Assembly: GCA_950097015.1 (NCBI GenBank)
Contig: CATNEN010000001.1
Location: 21,018,001-21,082,000, forward strand
Length of the DNA stretch: 64,000 bases
Source of the DNA: Macrostomum hystrix
Lineage: Eukaryota > Animalia > Platyhelminthes
Direction: 5' to 3'
In this document: positions 45,827 through 58,575 of the stretch, one piece after another
Numbering within the stretch: the stretch's first letter is position 1
How the letters are laid out: each line of letters begins with the position of its first letter
Notes under the pieces: model-generated
Told to the model about the DNA's origin: nothing
Databases searched by the model: none
What the model saw: only the letters and a program-made list of their open reading frames with translations
Program-made: the position numbers and the translations under genes

Positions 45827-48800
45827 ATGTCTGGTCTAGATCCCAATGATCCGGACTTCAAGTATCTCGGCGTTGACCGCAAGGCCCTTCTAAAAGAGAT
45901 CGGCAATGCCACATTCGACTCAAAGAAGGTGTGCTGGGTGCCCGACGAGAAGGAGGGCTACGTCAAGGGTGACGTCATCTCTAGAGACGGAGGCAAAGTC
46001 ACCGTGAAGACGGAGAAGGGCGAGGTAAGTATTCTCGGTGCTTAATGAATGGTTAAGTGAGTGATAATTAAGATGTCAAATCTTACGCCGCAGGAGAAGA
46101 CATTGAAGGAAGACGACGTCCAGCAGATGAACCCGCCCAAGTTTGAGCTGTACGAAGACATGGCCAACCTGACCTTCTTGAACGATGCCTCGGTGCTGCA
46201 CAACCTGAGGCAGCGCTACTTTAAGATGCTCATCTACGTGAGTTCTTACAGGGTTGAGGGTAATCATATATTTTAATCTACATGTGTTATTGTCGATTAG
46301 GATTTATCTATGAGTTAGCACTTATGCTGGCGAACTTGCTGGAATTCAGGACAGTTTGAGCTCAGACTAACTTTACACTTGTGATGCAGCTGATTTCCGA
46401 ATGTCAATTACATTATGAGTAACCTCCCTAAACTCCCTAAAATATTTCCTGACATATTTCATATTCGAATCCTTACAGATAGATAGAAATTAGACGTAGC
46501 CCAGTTAGTACAACCAGTGACCGCGCAGCACTTCCAAAGGCGGTGTACATCTGTTCAGTCAGTGGACTGGGGAGCCCGCATTGAAGAAATGCTAACCTAG
46601 CTAATGCTGGAGGGGGTCGGTGGCAGAGCGGGCACCACGGTCCCTGAGTTCGATTCCACGGCGAGGCCACATTTATTTGGGGCGCAGCCGCAGAGAGAAG
46701 GCTTGTGAGCTTGTGAGCTTGGCCCCTTGAGGGCCAACATCCAAGGCACAGTGAAGTGTACGCTGCCTGACGATGAGAAAGTCAGGGCAGATGTACACAC
46801 CTGTATGAGCTTGCCTGAGTACAGTATCTGTGTGCGTGTGTGCTCAGGAGTGAGCGAAATGGGCAGAATTGCCTCCTCGCTGGCTGCGGGTCTAGTGTCA
46901 CCAAATGATGGCCATTGCCCGCAGCCCTCGTGCAATTATTACTAATATTATTATTAGCTAAAGCTGGGGCCACTTTACACATGATCAGTGAGACCCCCCG
47001 AACAATGTCATTTCGCAGACCTACTCCGGCCTATTCTGCGTGGTCGTGAATCCGTACAAACGGCTGCCGATCTACACTAACAGCGTGGTGCTGAAGTACA
47101 AGGGCAAGCGAAAGACTGAAATGCCACCGCACGCGTTCGCCATCTCGGACAATGCCTACTCAAACATGCTGCAGGGTGGGTCTAAATTACCTGTGCTCAA
47201 TGTACTGTCATACTATACGAGTATATGCTGCTGTGTTTCCTTCACAATACTGTGTACTGCAGTTCAGTCCATGGACTGGGGGGACGCCACACCCACCCTC
47301 AATTAAATCAGCTATTGCTGGTACCCATCTAACTAACTGAAGCAATACACAGTTACGTTTCTTTTAAGTTTGTTCAGTAGCTACCCTCCGTCGAGAATCG
47401 AACCCCCGACCTTGAAATAGTGAGTCCTACGCCCTGACCAAGTGGCTACAACCCCTTGTCATATACACAGTCATACTTTTATGTTAGTATTTTGCAAACG
47501 TTTTTAACAATTACTCTCCATTTCAGACCGAGAAAATCAGTCGGTGCTGATCACGTGAGAGACAATGCTTCTTCTGCACTTTTTACATTTTTATTCAGAT
47601 TTTGCCACTGAAGCGAAACAACAAGTTGAGTATTTTCCTATTTGCATCTTCGCTTGTCAAGATCGCCTAAATTGTGCCGCTTATGTGACAGCTTAACCAG
47701 CCGGAATGCTATTTAATACCAGCTTTCGCGCCTTCGATGTACATAGCTGACGGTTGCTTTTTTACATTCGCTTTTTACTACTCAAAGTACATTAGCGAGA
47801 CGTGCTAATTAACTAAGATGCTACATCTATTGTTCTCTTTTTCCCTATTTCGAATTCTGTAGCGGTGAGAGCGGAGCCGGTAAGACTGAGAACACGAAGA
47901 AGGTCATTTCGTACTTTGCGCAGCTGACTGCTCTCACTTCCGGCTCCAAGGAAACATCGGAGGCTGTGGACAGCAAAAAGGTTTGCTCAATGGAATAGGA
48001 TATCATATGAGTGTCTAACTCACAACCAATGCCTTAACCTCCTGATTTTGAATGCTTTGCACTTTTTTCTAGCTATAAAAGATGTAAAACATTTTCCTTG
48101 ATTAGAAAATCATCGATTCCTGAGGGTTGACTTTAAATCATGGAAACTAAATACGATCCATACTACTAGTTTGCGACGAATAGTAGTAAGACTAAATAAG
48201 TCGACTTTAATTTATCCAGCATGGTCAGAAATGTTTTTCACTTCTTGTTTTATGAGCATGAATAGACTGCTAGCAAACTAGTTGTGAACAATGTGACGAA
48301 ACATAAAAAACAACGAATTTCAGGGCACCCTTGAGGAGCAAATTGTTCAGGCTAATCCAGTTTTGGAGGCCTATGGCAACGCCAAGACGGTCAGGAACAA
48401 CAACTCGTCTCGATTTGTAAGTTCGGAGTCTCTGCTCTTTTCTCTATCAAATATTAGTTCATAGCATTAAATTAACAATAGTTCCGTCGACACTTCAGGG
48501 AAAGTTCATTCGCATTCATTTTGGACCAACTGGAAAGATCGCCGGAGCAGACATTGAGTTCTGTGAGTTTCTGTTTTGGCATTGACTCAGGAACTTTAGT
48601 GAAGATAAAGTAGCCAGGTAGATTGAGGAGGGTGTAGTCGAATCGCCGCTGCATTTTCTTTACTTCCAGACCTGCTGGAGAAGTCGCGAGTAACCTCCCA
48701 GATGGGCGGCGAACGCAACTACCACATCTTCTACCAGCTGCTCTCCGACTACGCCAAGCAGTGGCACGACAAGCTGCTGGTGGCCTCCGACCCTGGCCTG

Positions 48801-51800
48801 TACTCTTTCATCAACCAGGGCGAGCTGCGCATCGACGGCGTTGACGATGCGGAAGAGATGAAGCTCACCGACGAGGCTATCGACATCCTTGGCTTCTCGA
48901 CCGTGGAGAAGTTCGGCATGTACAAGGCGACCTGCTCCATCATGAACATGGGAGAGATGAAGTTCAAGCAGAGACCGAGAGAGGAGCAGGCGGAGACGGA
49001 CGGCACGGCCGAGGCTGAGAAGGTTGCCTTCCTGCTCGGCGTCAACGCCAAGGACTTGCTGCAGGCTATTCTAAAGCCCAAGGTCAAGGTCGGCAATGAT
49101 TATGTCACCAAGGGTCAGAGTCTGGAGCAGGTCAGTTCAGATAATATTTTGATCCACTCTTAATCAATCAAACGTTTTTTCCTAATTTTCAGAATCCACG
49201 CTCGTAGTTAGTATCTATAGAAAGAAAGTTTTTTTTCACCTACTCACAGGTAAACTTCTCCATGCAAGCCCTGGCCAAATCGCTCTACCACCGCATGTTC
49301 GGCTGGCTAGTCACCCGCGTCAACCAGACCCTGGACACCAAGGCCAAGCGGCAGTACTTTATCGGCGTGCTCGACATCGCCGGCTTCGAAATCTTCGACT
49401 TCAACGGCTTCGAGCAGATCTGCATCAACTACACTAACGAGCGCCTGCAGCAGTTCTTCAACCACCACATGTTCGTGCTCGAGCAGGAGGAGTACAAGAA
49501 GGAGGCCATCGACTGGGAGTTCATCGACTTCGGCATGGACCTCGCCGCTTGCATCGAGCTGATCGAGAAGCCAATGGGCATCCTGTCCATCCTCGAGGAG
49601 GAGTGCATGTTCCCCAAGGCCTCCGACACCACCTTCAAGAACAAGCTGTACGACAACCACCTGGGCAAATCACCGAATTTCGGCAAGCCGAAGCCGCCAA
49701 AGCCGGGCAAGGCCGAGGCCCACTTCGAGCTGCACCACTACGCCGGCACCGTCGGTTACAACATCACCGGCTGGCTGGAGCGTAACAAGGATCCCCTGAA
49801 CGAGTCCGTCATTGAAGTGCTCAGCGCCAGCAAAGAGCACCTTGTGGCCACATTCTTCCCGCCGACTAGCGGTAAGATAATTCGTCATGACCTAATCAAT
49901 AGAATGACGCAAGAACTGCTATTATAATGTTCGCTTGCGCACCTGTTTTATTCACTTGTTTCTCTTCCGCAGACGGCGCTGATGCCAAGTCGGGCAAGAA
50001 GCGTAAAGGTGGCGGCATGCAAACCATCTCAGCTACGCACAGGGTCAGTTTATGGCGTATTTTTTCGTGTTTTTTAGCTACATTGTTGAATGTACGGCAT
50101 CAATACTAAAGAGTTTAACTGAATGACAAACTTCTTGCAGGAGTCGCTGAACAAGCTGATGAAGAATCTGCACAGCACCTCGCCTAACTTCATCCGCTGC
50201 ATTGTGCCGAACGAGTTCAAGCAGTCGGGCGTGGTGGACGCCCACCTGGTGCTGCACCAGCTGCACTGCAACGGTGTGCTGGAGGGCATCCGTATCTGCC
50301 GCAAGGGTTTCCCAAATCGGCTCATCTACACCGAGTTCAAGCAGCGGTAAGTCGGTGGTCAATCGAGATTGAGTTTTATTGTACGCTCGTATTTGTTGTA
50401 CGTTAAGTCTACGCGGTTTATTTCCCTGTAGAACTATGTAAGTAGTTTCTTTTGGCTGCCCAGCAGCCTGTGCTTATATATTTGTTATTTCCTAAAAACT
50501 AGACAATCGATAATTTGCAAACAACCAACGTAATATTAAGTAATAATCAACACAATCGTACTCATCTACTATCAGTAGCCAGGATTGAAAATACATTACA
50601 ATGACGGTGTCTCTGAAAAGGGCCGTTTTAGCAAGAGTCACTACGCAACAGTATTATTCCATACCACTGAGTAACAGAGCGGTAAAACTAAGTCTCACAC
50701 GAAGGTCCCTATACTCGAATCCTGACTATGAAAAAGTTTGAGTATTGTCCGGATGCAGCGGGGAGGCATCCGGAGCTCACATATACGTATCTGTGTGCCT
50801 CTGTGAGCTCTGTGAGCTCCAAGATCAGTGGGATGGGCACAGTTGCTTCCTAATTGGTGCGTCACTACTCAAGGCTCTATAAAAAAGTTTGTTATTTTCT
50901 AATAACTACTAATCCAAGATCTAATTTATCAGTAGTTATTTATTATAATCCCGATACTCTCGGCATACTTAATTAAAAAGACTACGGTTAGCACCAAAAG
51001 CCGACGTTTTTTATTCTAGCTACTCCATCCTGGCTCCCAACGCCATTCCGGAGGGCTTCGTCGAAGGCAAGGTTGTCAGCGGCAACATCCTGGAAGCTGT
51101 ACAGCTGGACAAGCAGCAGTATCGCCTCGGCAATACCAAGGTCTTCTTCAAGGCCGGCGTCCTTGCCGAACTAGAAGACATGCGCGACGAGAAGCTGAGC
51201 CGGATCATCGCCCTGTTCCAGGCCCAGATCCGCGGCTACATGATGCGCAAGAAGCACAAGAAGCTGCAGGACCAGCGCACTGCCCTCAGCATCATCCAGA
51301 GGAACGTTCGCAAGCACCTGCAGCTGAAGAACTGGGAGTGGTGGCGCCTGTACCTCAAGGTCAAGCCCATGCTGAACGTGGCTCGCCAGGAGGAAGAAAT
51401 GAAGAAGGCCGCAGAGGAGCTCGCCAAGATGAAGGAGGAGTTTGAAAAGATTGAGAAACTGAAGAAGGAGCTGGAGGAGCAGAACGTGACGCTGTTGCAG
51501 CAAAAGAATGACATTTTCCTGCAGCTGCAGGCTGAGCAGGACACCTTGGCTGATGCGGAGGAGAAGATCGAGAGCCTAATCAAGCAAAAGGCGGACTTCG
51601 AGGCTCAAATCAAGGAGCTGGAAGACCGCCTTCTCGACGAGGAGGACGCCGCGAACGAGCTCGAGGGTGTCAAGAAGAAGATGGAGGGAGAGATGGACGA
51701 GCTGAAGAAGGACATTGAAGACTTGGAGCAGAATCTGCAGAAATCGGAGCAAGAAAAGCAGAGCAAGGAGAACCAGATCAAGACGCTGCAGGAGGAGATG

Positions 51801-54800
51801 GCGCGCCAGGATGAGTCCATCGCCAAGCTACAGAAAGAGAAAAAGGCTCACGAAGAGACCATCAAGCAGACGCAAGAGGCCCTCGCTGCTGAAGAAGAGA
51901 AAGTTAGCAATCTGAACAAGCTGAAGCAGAAGTTAGAACAGAATCTCGATGAGCTGGAGGATCAGCTCGAACGCGAGAAGAAGGTCCGCGCCGATGTCGA
52001 GAAGGCCAAGCGCAAGGTTGAGGGTGACCTGAAGATGACCCAGGAGACAGTTGATGATCTGGAGCGCGTGAAGCGAGACATGGAAGAGCAGATCAAGCGC
52101 AAGGATGCCGAGCTAAACAGCCTGCACAACAAGGTCGAGGACGAGCAGGGCATCATCGCCCAGCTTCAGAGGAAGATCAAGGAGTTGCAAGCTCGTATTC
52201 AGGTAAGACTCTGGCTGAACCATTACAGGTCTCGTGGCCTCAAGAAGGACCGAAATAGGCCGAATAAAGTTCTATATGGGTCAATCCACGCTCGAAATAA
52301 ACACCCTGTCATCCCAGGAATTGGAGGAGGAGCTTGAAGCCGAGCGCCAGGCTCGCTCGAAAGCCGAGAAGCAGCGTCAGCAGGTCGAGGCTGAGCTAGA
52401 CGACGTTGCCGACCGTCTCGAAGAGCAGGGCGGTGTGACTGTGGCACAGCAGGAGCTGAACAAGAAGCGTGAAGCCGAGCTATTGAAGCTACGTCGCGAG
52501 ATGGAGGACAATGTGCTGCAGCACGAGCAGATGGTGCAGCAGCTGCGCAAGAAGCAACAGGACGCTGTCAACGAGCTCTCGGAACAGGTGGACCAGCTGC
52601 AGAAGGCCAAGGGCAAAACTGAGAAGGAGAAGGCACAGTTCAAGGCCGAACTGGAAGATTTGCATGCTCAACTCGAGCATCTGAACAAAGCTAAGGCGGC
52701 TGCTGAAAAGAACTCAAAGGGGCTGGACGCTCAGCTGGGTGATCTGCAGGTAACAAGTGGGACCAAAACTGAAACTAGTCATTCATCACGATTCGTAAAC
52801 TTAAATGAATGACCAAAATTGTTTAACTGGACAATTTTTAGGCTCGTCTAGACGAAGCCACCCGACAGATCAACGATCTGCAGTCGCAGAAGAACCGGGC
52901 CCAACAGGAGGGCGGTGATCTTGGTCGCCGTCTTGAAGAGGCCGAGGCTCAGCTGGCTCAGCTAGCCAAGGCAAAACAGCAGCTGACCCAACAGCTGGAG
53001 GAGGCCAGGTGAGAAATCTGTTGATTGTATTGCTTGGAAAATCTCTTTTGGATTGAGAGCAATAGGATTCGTGTTTTGTTAGTCTTGAACAAACAAAGGT
53101 CCGTGGTTGACTTCAGGCGCAACCTGGAAGAAGAGAGCCGCCAGAAGACCAAGCTGAGCTCTGACGCGCGCAACCTGACCGCCGACCTGGAGCAGCTGCG
53201 CGAACAGTTGGAGGAAGAGCAGGAGGCCAAGTCTGATCTACAGAGGCAGCTAGCCAAGGCTCAGGGCGAAGCTCAGCAGTGGCGCTCCAAGTATGAGACT
53301 GGCGGAGGCGGCGGCGGTGGGGAGGAGGCCGAGGAGCTGAAGCGTCGGCTGCAGGCGAAACTGATTGAGGCCCAGGACGAAGTGGAGAGCGCCAAAGCTC
53401 GAGCCGCACAGGCTGAGAAGGCCCGAGCCCGCCTGCAGGCGGAGCTGGAGGATGCCACCGTGGACCTGGAGCGAACCAGCATTCTGGCCTCGCAGCTGGA
53501 GAAGAAGCAGAAGAACTTCGACCGGACTCTGGCCGAGTGGCAGCAGAAGTGCCAGCAGGCGCAGGCCGAGCTCGAGTCCGTGCAGCGCGAGTCCCGCGGC
53601 TACTCCACTGAGATCTTCAAGCTGAAGGCGCAGCTGGAGGAGGCCAGGGACCAGACTGAGGCGGTGCGCAAGGAGAACAAGAACCTGGCCGACGAAATTC
53701 ACGACCTCACCGAACAGCTCGGAGAGGGTGGTCGCAATGTGCACGAAGTCGACAAGGCTAGACGCCGGCTAGAGATGGAGAAGGAGGAGCTGCAGGCTGC
53801 CCTGGAGGAGGCTGAGGCTGCGCTTGAGCAGGTAGGACTACTGGAGCTAGTTTAAAAAATGTAGTGCAGGGATTTAATTCACATAAATAACTTACTTTTG
53901 ACAATCAGGAGGAGGCCAAGGTGGCCCGCGCCCAGTTGGAGATCGCCCAGTCGCGCCAGGAAATCGATCGGCGTCTATCTGAAAAGGAGGAAGAATTTGA
54001 GAGCAGTCGAAAGAATCACCAGCGGGCCATGGACTCCATGACCGCCACCGTAGAGGCCGAGGCCAAGGGCAAGGCCGAGGCTCAACGGCAGAAGAAGAAG
54101 CTGGAGCAGGACATCAACGAGCTGGAGGTGGCGCTGGACACGGCCAATCGCGCTCGCGCCGATGCTGATAAGACCATCAAGAAGCTGCAGCAGCAGGTCC
54201 GTGAGATGCAGGGCCAGGTGGAGGACGAGCAGAGGCAGAGGGACGAGGCCAGGGAGCAGGTGAGTCAGTTTACTTACCATCGATTAGCTTGATTAGCCTA
54301 ACTGATCAGGCTTCACTATTCTCCACTCGACGCCAGGCCATGTCCATTGAACGCAAGCTCAACATGCTCAGTTCCGAGCTGGAAGACCTTCGCACCCAAT
54401 CGGAATCGGCCGAGCGCTCCCGCAAAGCTGCCGAAGCTGAGCGCGCGGAAGCTGCGGACAGAATCGGCGAGCTGTCTGCGAACAATGCGACGCTCAGCGC
54501 TGCCAAGCGAAAGCTCGAGACGGACGTCAATGCGATGCGAGCCGATATGGACGAGCAGCACAACGAGGTCAAGCAGGCCGAGGATCGGGCTAAGAAGGCC
54601 GTGCTCGACGCGCAGAGGCTAGCTGATGAGCTGCGCGCTGAGCAGGTAATTTTCTTGTCTGCTAATTGTCTAGCAGGGATGTTGCACCTTACCTGGTGGG
54701 CCAGGTATTAAAGGGTGGAATTTTATGAAAATCAGAAATTTGATTTAGGAGACATGGTAAGGCAGTGGTTATTTGAAATCCCCCCGTGGTATTTTACTGT

Positions 54801-56471
54801 TAAGGACATATTGTTAGCAGCAATTTAAGCTGATGATGGCGTGAGCTCAGTACCTCGTCGTCTTGAGATGTCACATTATTCCCTGTGAAATTCGGGCTCG
54901 CTAAATTCCAGGAGCACTCGCTGCACGCTGAGCGAGCTCGCAAGCAGCTCGAGTCGCAGGTGAAGGAGCTGCAGGTGAGACTCGACGCCGCTGAGGGCAA
55001 CGCTTTGAAGGGCGGCAAGAGAGAGCTGTCCAAACTGGAGGCTCGCGTCCAGGAGCTGGAAGCTGAGCTCGACGCTGAGCAGAGGCGGCACCAGGAGACG
55101 CAAAAGAACGCCAGGAAGGCAGATCGGCGTCTCAAGGAGCTCTCTTTTGCTGTGAGTTTTCTCCGTTCCGGATTCGAGTGTTGCGTTTTTGCTCTTGTAA
55201 AGGGGGAGCCCGAGGTGAATTCTCGAACCAAACTGACTGAAATCAGCAGCTGGTCAATCCAGTCGACTAGAAACGCCGAAACATGACAATAACAATTTTA
55301 TCCCATTTATTCCCAGGGGACCATGGCAAGGACTGTGTGAGATCTCTTTGCGCTTCTGATCGACCTGCTACTGATTTCAGCTTGTTTGGGTTCAAGGATT
55401 GACCTTTGGGCCACATTTTAGGGGCTTATTCTATTGAACTCTATTGGGTTTGAGCCTTGATTTGTCATCCCTCTGGCTAATAATCAGGATTGATACATTC
55501 AGCTAGAAGGCAATTCTGCCCATTCCACTGGGCCCTTAGAACGCATACTTTCTGCAGGCGCACACTAACAGGTGTTTACATCCGCTCTGACTCGCTCATT
55601 GTCAGGCAGTGTTACAAGTGTGCCCTTGGTATTTGGCCCAAGTCTTCTCCCCTAAATAAATGTGGTCTCGCCATGGACTCGAGCTCGAGTTGGAATTTTA
55701 AATCTAGAGAGATTATTTAAGAAGGCCAACTGGCCTACCAGACGCTAATGAACTGCTTCAATTTTCTCTCAGAGCGAGGAGGAGCGCAAGGCTCAGACAA
55801 AGCTGCAAGAGCTGGTGGAGAAGCTGCAGTCCAAGGTGAAAACCTACAAGCGCCAGGTGGAGGAGGCCGAGGAGATCGCCGCCATCAACCTGGCCAAGTT
55901 TAAAAAGGCTCAGCAGGACCTTGAGGAGTCGGAGGAGCGGGCCGACATGGCTGAGCAGAGCTTCAACAAGCTGAGGTCCAAGAGCCGAGCCAGTACCAGC
56001 GCCGCTCCGCGCGGAACGAGTCTTGCTCCACCGGCTGCCGGGGTGAGTCCTGAGTAGCAAGTTGGTTCACTAACATTTTTACTAAGTGGAGTAGATTGCT
56101 GTCGTTGTGACTACTGGCATTGCAGCGCAGGGGCGTACACAGGGTTGTGCAAGGCTGTCGACGGCCGCGGAATGTGCGGCTTCCCAAATCCTCAGGGGCA
56201 ATCCAAATCTTCGGTGCCAACCCCCAAATCCTCAATGGCACACCAAATCCTCTGTGACACCCCGAAACCCTCAGTGCCACTCCAAATCCGTGGTTGAGCA
56301 AACCACCATCCGGACCCACCTCACCAATTAACGATTATCAGTTGGAGATCCAAATAAAAAAATGACAGAATAATGATTTAAAGTCCGATTGAGCGTCGAT
56401 CCTTTTCAATTGCGCCTTTTTTTCCCCAGGGCATTCGCGCCAGATCTCGCGGAGCTATGGACGAAGAGTGA
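45827..56471 (+). CDS. Mhc: Striated-muscle-type myosin II heavy chain, 20 coding exons, 1956 aa
   Basis: Exons: 45827-46024, 46094-46237, 47019-47175, 47527-47554, 47863-47980, 48324-48416, 48499-48562, 48670-49130, 49250-49871, 49973-50043, 50141-50346, 51020-52202, 52318-52749, 52842-53008, 53117-53831, 53909-54259, 54337-54645, 54912-55151, 55773-56042, 56430-56471. All introns are GT-AG and the total of 5871 nt is in frame. Motifs: [34 protein letters not shown] motifs, WEWW, coiled-coil rod. Confidence 0.97.
46611..46954 (+). mobile_element. SINE family A (tRNA-derived), in myosin intron 2
   Basis: B box GTTCGATTCC and (TTA)n tail. Flanking TAGCTAATGCTGG / TAGCTAAAGCTGG form a 13-bp TSD with one mismatch. 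Confidence 0.88.
47258..47455 (-). mobile_element. SINE family B, degraded copy in myosin intron 3
   Basis: Reverse complement similarity to 39850-40060. Confidence 0.75.
55500..55690 (-). mobile_element. SINE family A, degraded copy in myosin intron 18
   Basis: GGCAATTCTGCCCATT...GTCAGGCAGTG matches the family A reverse complement. Confidence 0.65.
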
Positions 56472-56752
56472 GATCAGTTTCAGCATGCTTCTCCGCGACT
56501 AGGTTCAATTCTGAAGTCGGGCAGCATGCGGAAGCATTGCTGCCTAGTAGACAATTAATTAGTAACTTCATATTAAAATGCGTATTCAAGCTAGCTACAA
56601 ACTTTACATTTATTTTTCTTATTTTAGCCCTACTAAAAATTTTCGGCAGATTTTCTGACTTAAGATCGTTTGAACTAAAGCTTTTCCCCTTTCATTTAGT
56701 CTGCGAAATTACTCGTAAACTGCTTTATTAGACTCCAAACCTTCAGCATGTT

Positions 56753-56758
56753 AATAAA
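56753..56758 (+). terminator. Candidate polyadenylation signal of the myosin gene
   Basis: AATAAA ~280 bp after the stop, followed by T-rich sequence. Confidence 0.5.
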
Positions 56759-57229
56759 CACCCTAAAGTTAGAATCCGTTATTTAATCATTTTTTGTAGT
56801 GATTACCTATGAGCTTCTTTAGCTGAATTCAATATTTTAGCAGTATAATAGGCCATGCATGATTATTAGGTCCAATGAACTCTTTCTAACCAATAAACGA
56901 ACTCAATAGAAAAGCCTTAAAAACCTATTCTTAAATGACTCAAGCTAGGTAACCTATAAACTGGTGATGCTATTCCGTGCTCAAGTGCATTCGTGTCTTT
57001 AGAATTTATTTCTTGTCCAAAAGGAAAATCTTTGACTTTGACGGAACAATAGAGTCGTTCGAACCTTGTGCTGTCGATTTTCTAAGAACTTACGTCATTA
57101 ACAGTGTGATACTGGTCTAGACTTCGAAATTGAGGCACATTGACAAAGACCATGTTAAATTCAACGCGATACCAGAAGAAACGTTTTTTAAGAATACATA
57201 AGCGTCCCATATTATGTGACGTATTGAAG

Positions 57230-57555
57230 AGAGCCGAGTGCTGGTTAAGGCATGTGCCTCTCGCACCAAGGTCCCTGAGCTCGATTCCACGGCAGGCCAC
57301 ATTCATTTGACACGCAGCCGCGGAGAGAAGGCTTGGGGGCTTGTCGAGCAATTTACTCATTTGAGCGCTGACATCCAATATGATGAGAAAATAAGGGCAG
57401 ATGTACAGACCTGTGTGAGTGTGTGCCTCCGTACGGTATCTGTGTGCGTGTGTGCTCAGGAATCAGCGAATGGGCAGAATTGCCTCCTCACTGGCTGTGG
57501 GTCAACTGTCACCAAATTATGGCCATTGCCCACAGCCCTCCTGCATCTATTATAT
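57230..57555 (+). mobile_element. SINE family A copy
   Basis: tRNA-like head and body matching 46611-46954. Confidence 0.85.
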
Positions 57556-57954
57556 AACTTTTATTCAACTAATTTAAGAGTTAACGCCACCTTATTCTCA
57601 TTATGCCACAGTCTCCGCAGTCGTTTATTCATAAAAAGCTTCTGCTATACCAGATTAAAATGTCAGTTATTTGCCTTACTAGGCAGTTAGGGTCTGAAAC
57701 TTTGAAAATTTGCTACATTCTGTTAATTGGTGCAGCAATTTGAGTTGTTTTCTATCGACTGAATGGCTTATGGTCCTCCAAGTGCTTTTTAATCAAATTA
57801 AAAATCCTAATTTTAGTTAAACCGATCTTTACTACTGCAAGTAAAAACGGTGAATTATACGATTACGATGGCCAAAAATTGTCAATGAGAAAAAATTGTA
57901 GGAAAAGGAGTAGAAAAATAGCTTTGTTTATATTACTTAGCAATTAGCCATTAC

Positions 57955-58575
57955 TGGGTCCTTCAGTTTGGAAACTATCTGGATGGGATCCTTCAGTTTG
58001 GAAAAAATCTGGATGGGATTCTTCAGTTTGGAAACAATCTGGATGGGATCCTTCAGTTTGAAAACAATCCTGTTGGAATCCTTCAGTTGGAAACAATCTG
58101 GATGGGATCCTTCAGTTTGGAAACAATCTGGATGGGATCCTTCAGGTTGGAAACAATCCTGTTGGAAACCTTCAGTTGGAAACAATCCTGTTGGAATCCT
58201 TCAGTTGGAAACAATCTGGATGGGATCCTTCAGTTTGGAAACAATCTGGATGGGATCCTTCAGTTTGGAAACAATCTGGATGGGATCCTTCAGTTTGGAA
58301 ACAATCTGGATGGGATCCTTCAGTTTGGAAACAATCTGGATGGGATTCTTCAGTATGGAAACAATCCTGTTGGAATCCTTCAGTTGGAAACAATCTGGAT
58401 GGGATCCTTCAGTTTGGAAACAATCTGGATGGGATCCTTCAGTTTGGAAACAATCTGGATGGGATCCTTCAGTTTGGAAACAATCTGGATGGGATCCTTC
58501 AGTTTGGAAACAATCTGGATGGGATCCTTCAGTTTGGAAACAATCTGGATGGGATCCTTCAGCTTGGAAATAATC
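57955..58575. repeat. 29-30-bp tandem minisatellite, ~20 copies
   Basis: Unit GGAAACAATCTGGATGGGATCCTTCAGTTT, head-to-tail, no spacers. Confidence 0.95.

Noticed and set aside
46786-46800. Hammerhead ribozyme near CTGACGATGAGAAAGTC in SINE A (~46767-46783), and CTGATGA at 14828
   Set aside because: There is no room for stem II in the SINE, and no GAAA partner at 14828.
48749-55231. Numerous minus-strand ORFs over myosin (and over gag-pol)
   Set aside because: These are antisense shadows of GC3-rich coding sequence.
57955-58575. 30-bp repeat as a CRISPR array or coding repeat
   Set aside because: The units are head-to-tail with no spacers, there are no cas genes, and the context is eukaryotic. 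29-bp variants shift frames, so the ORFs are artefacts.
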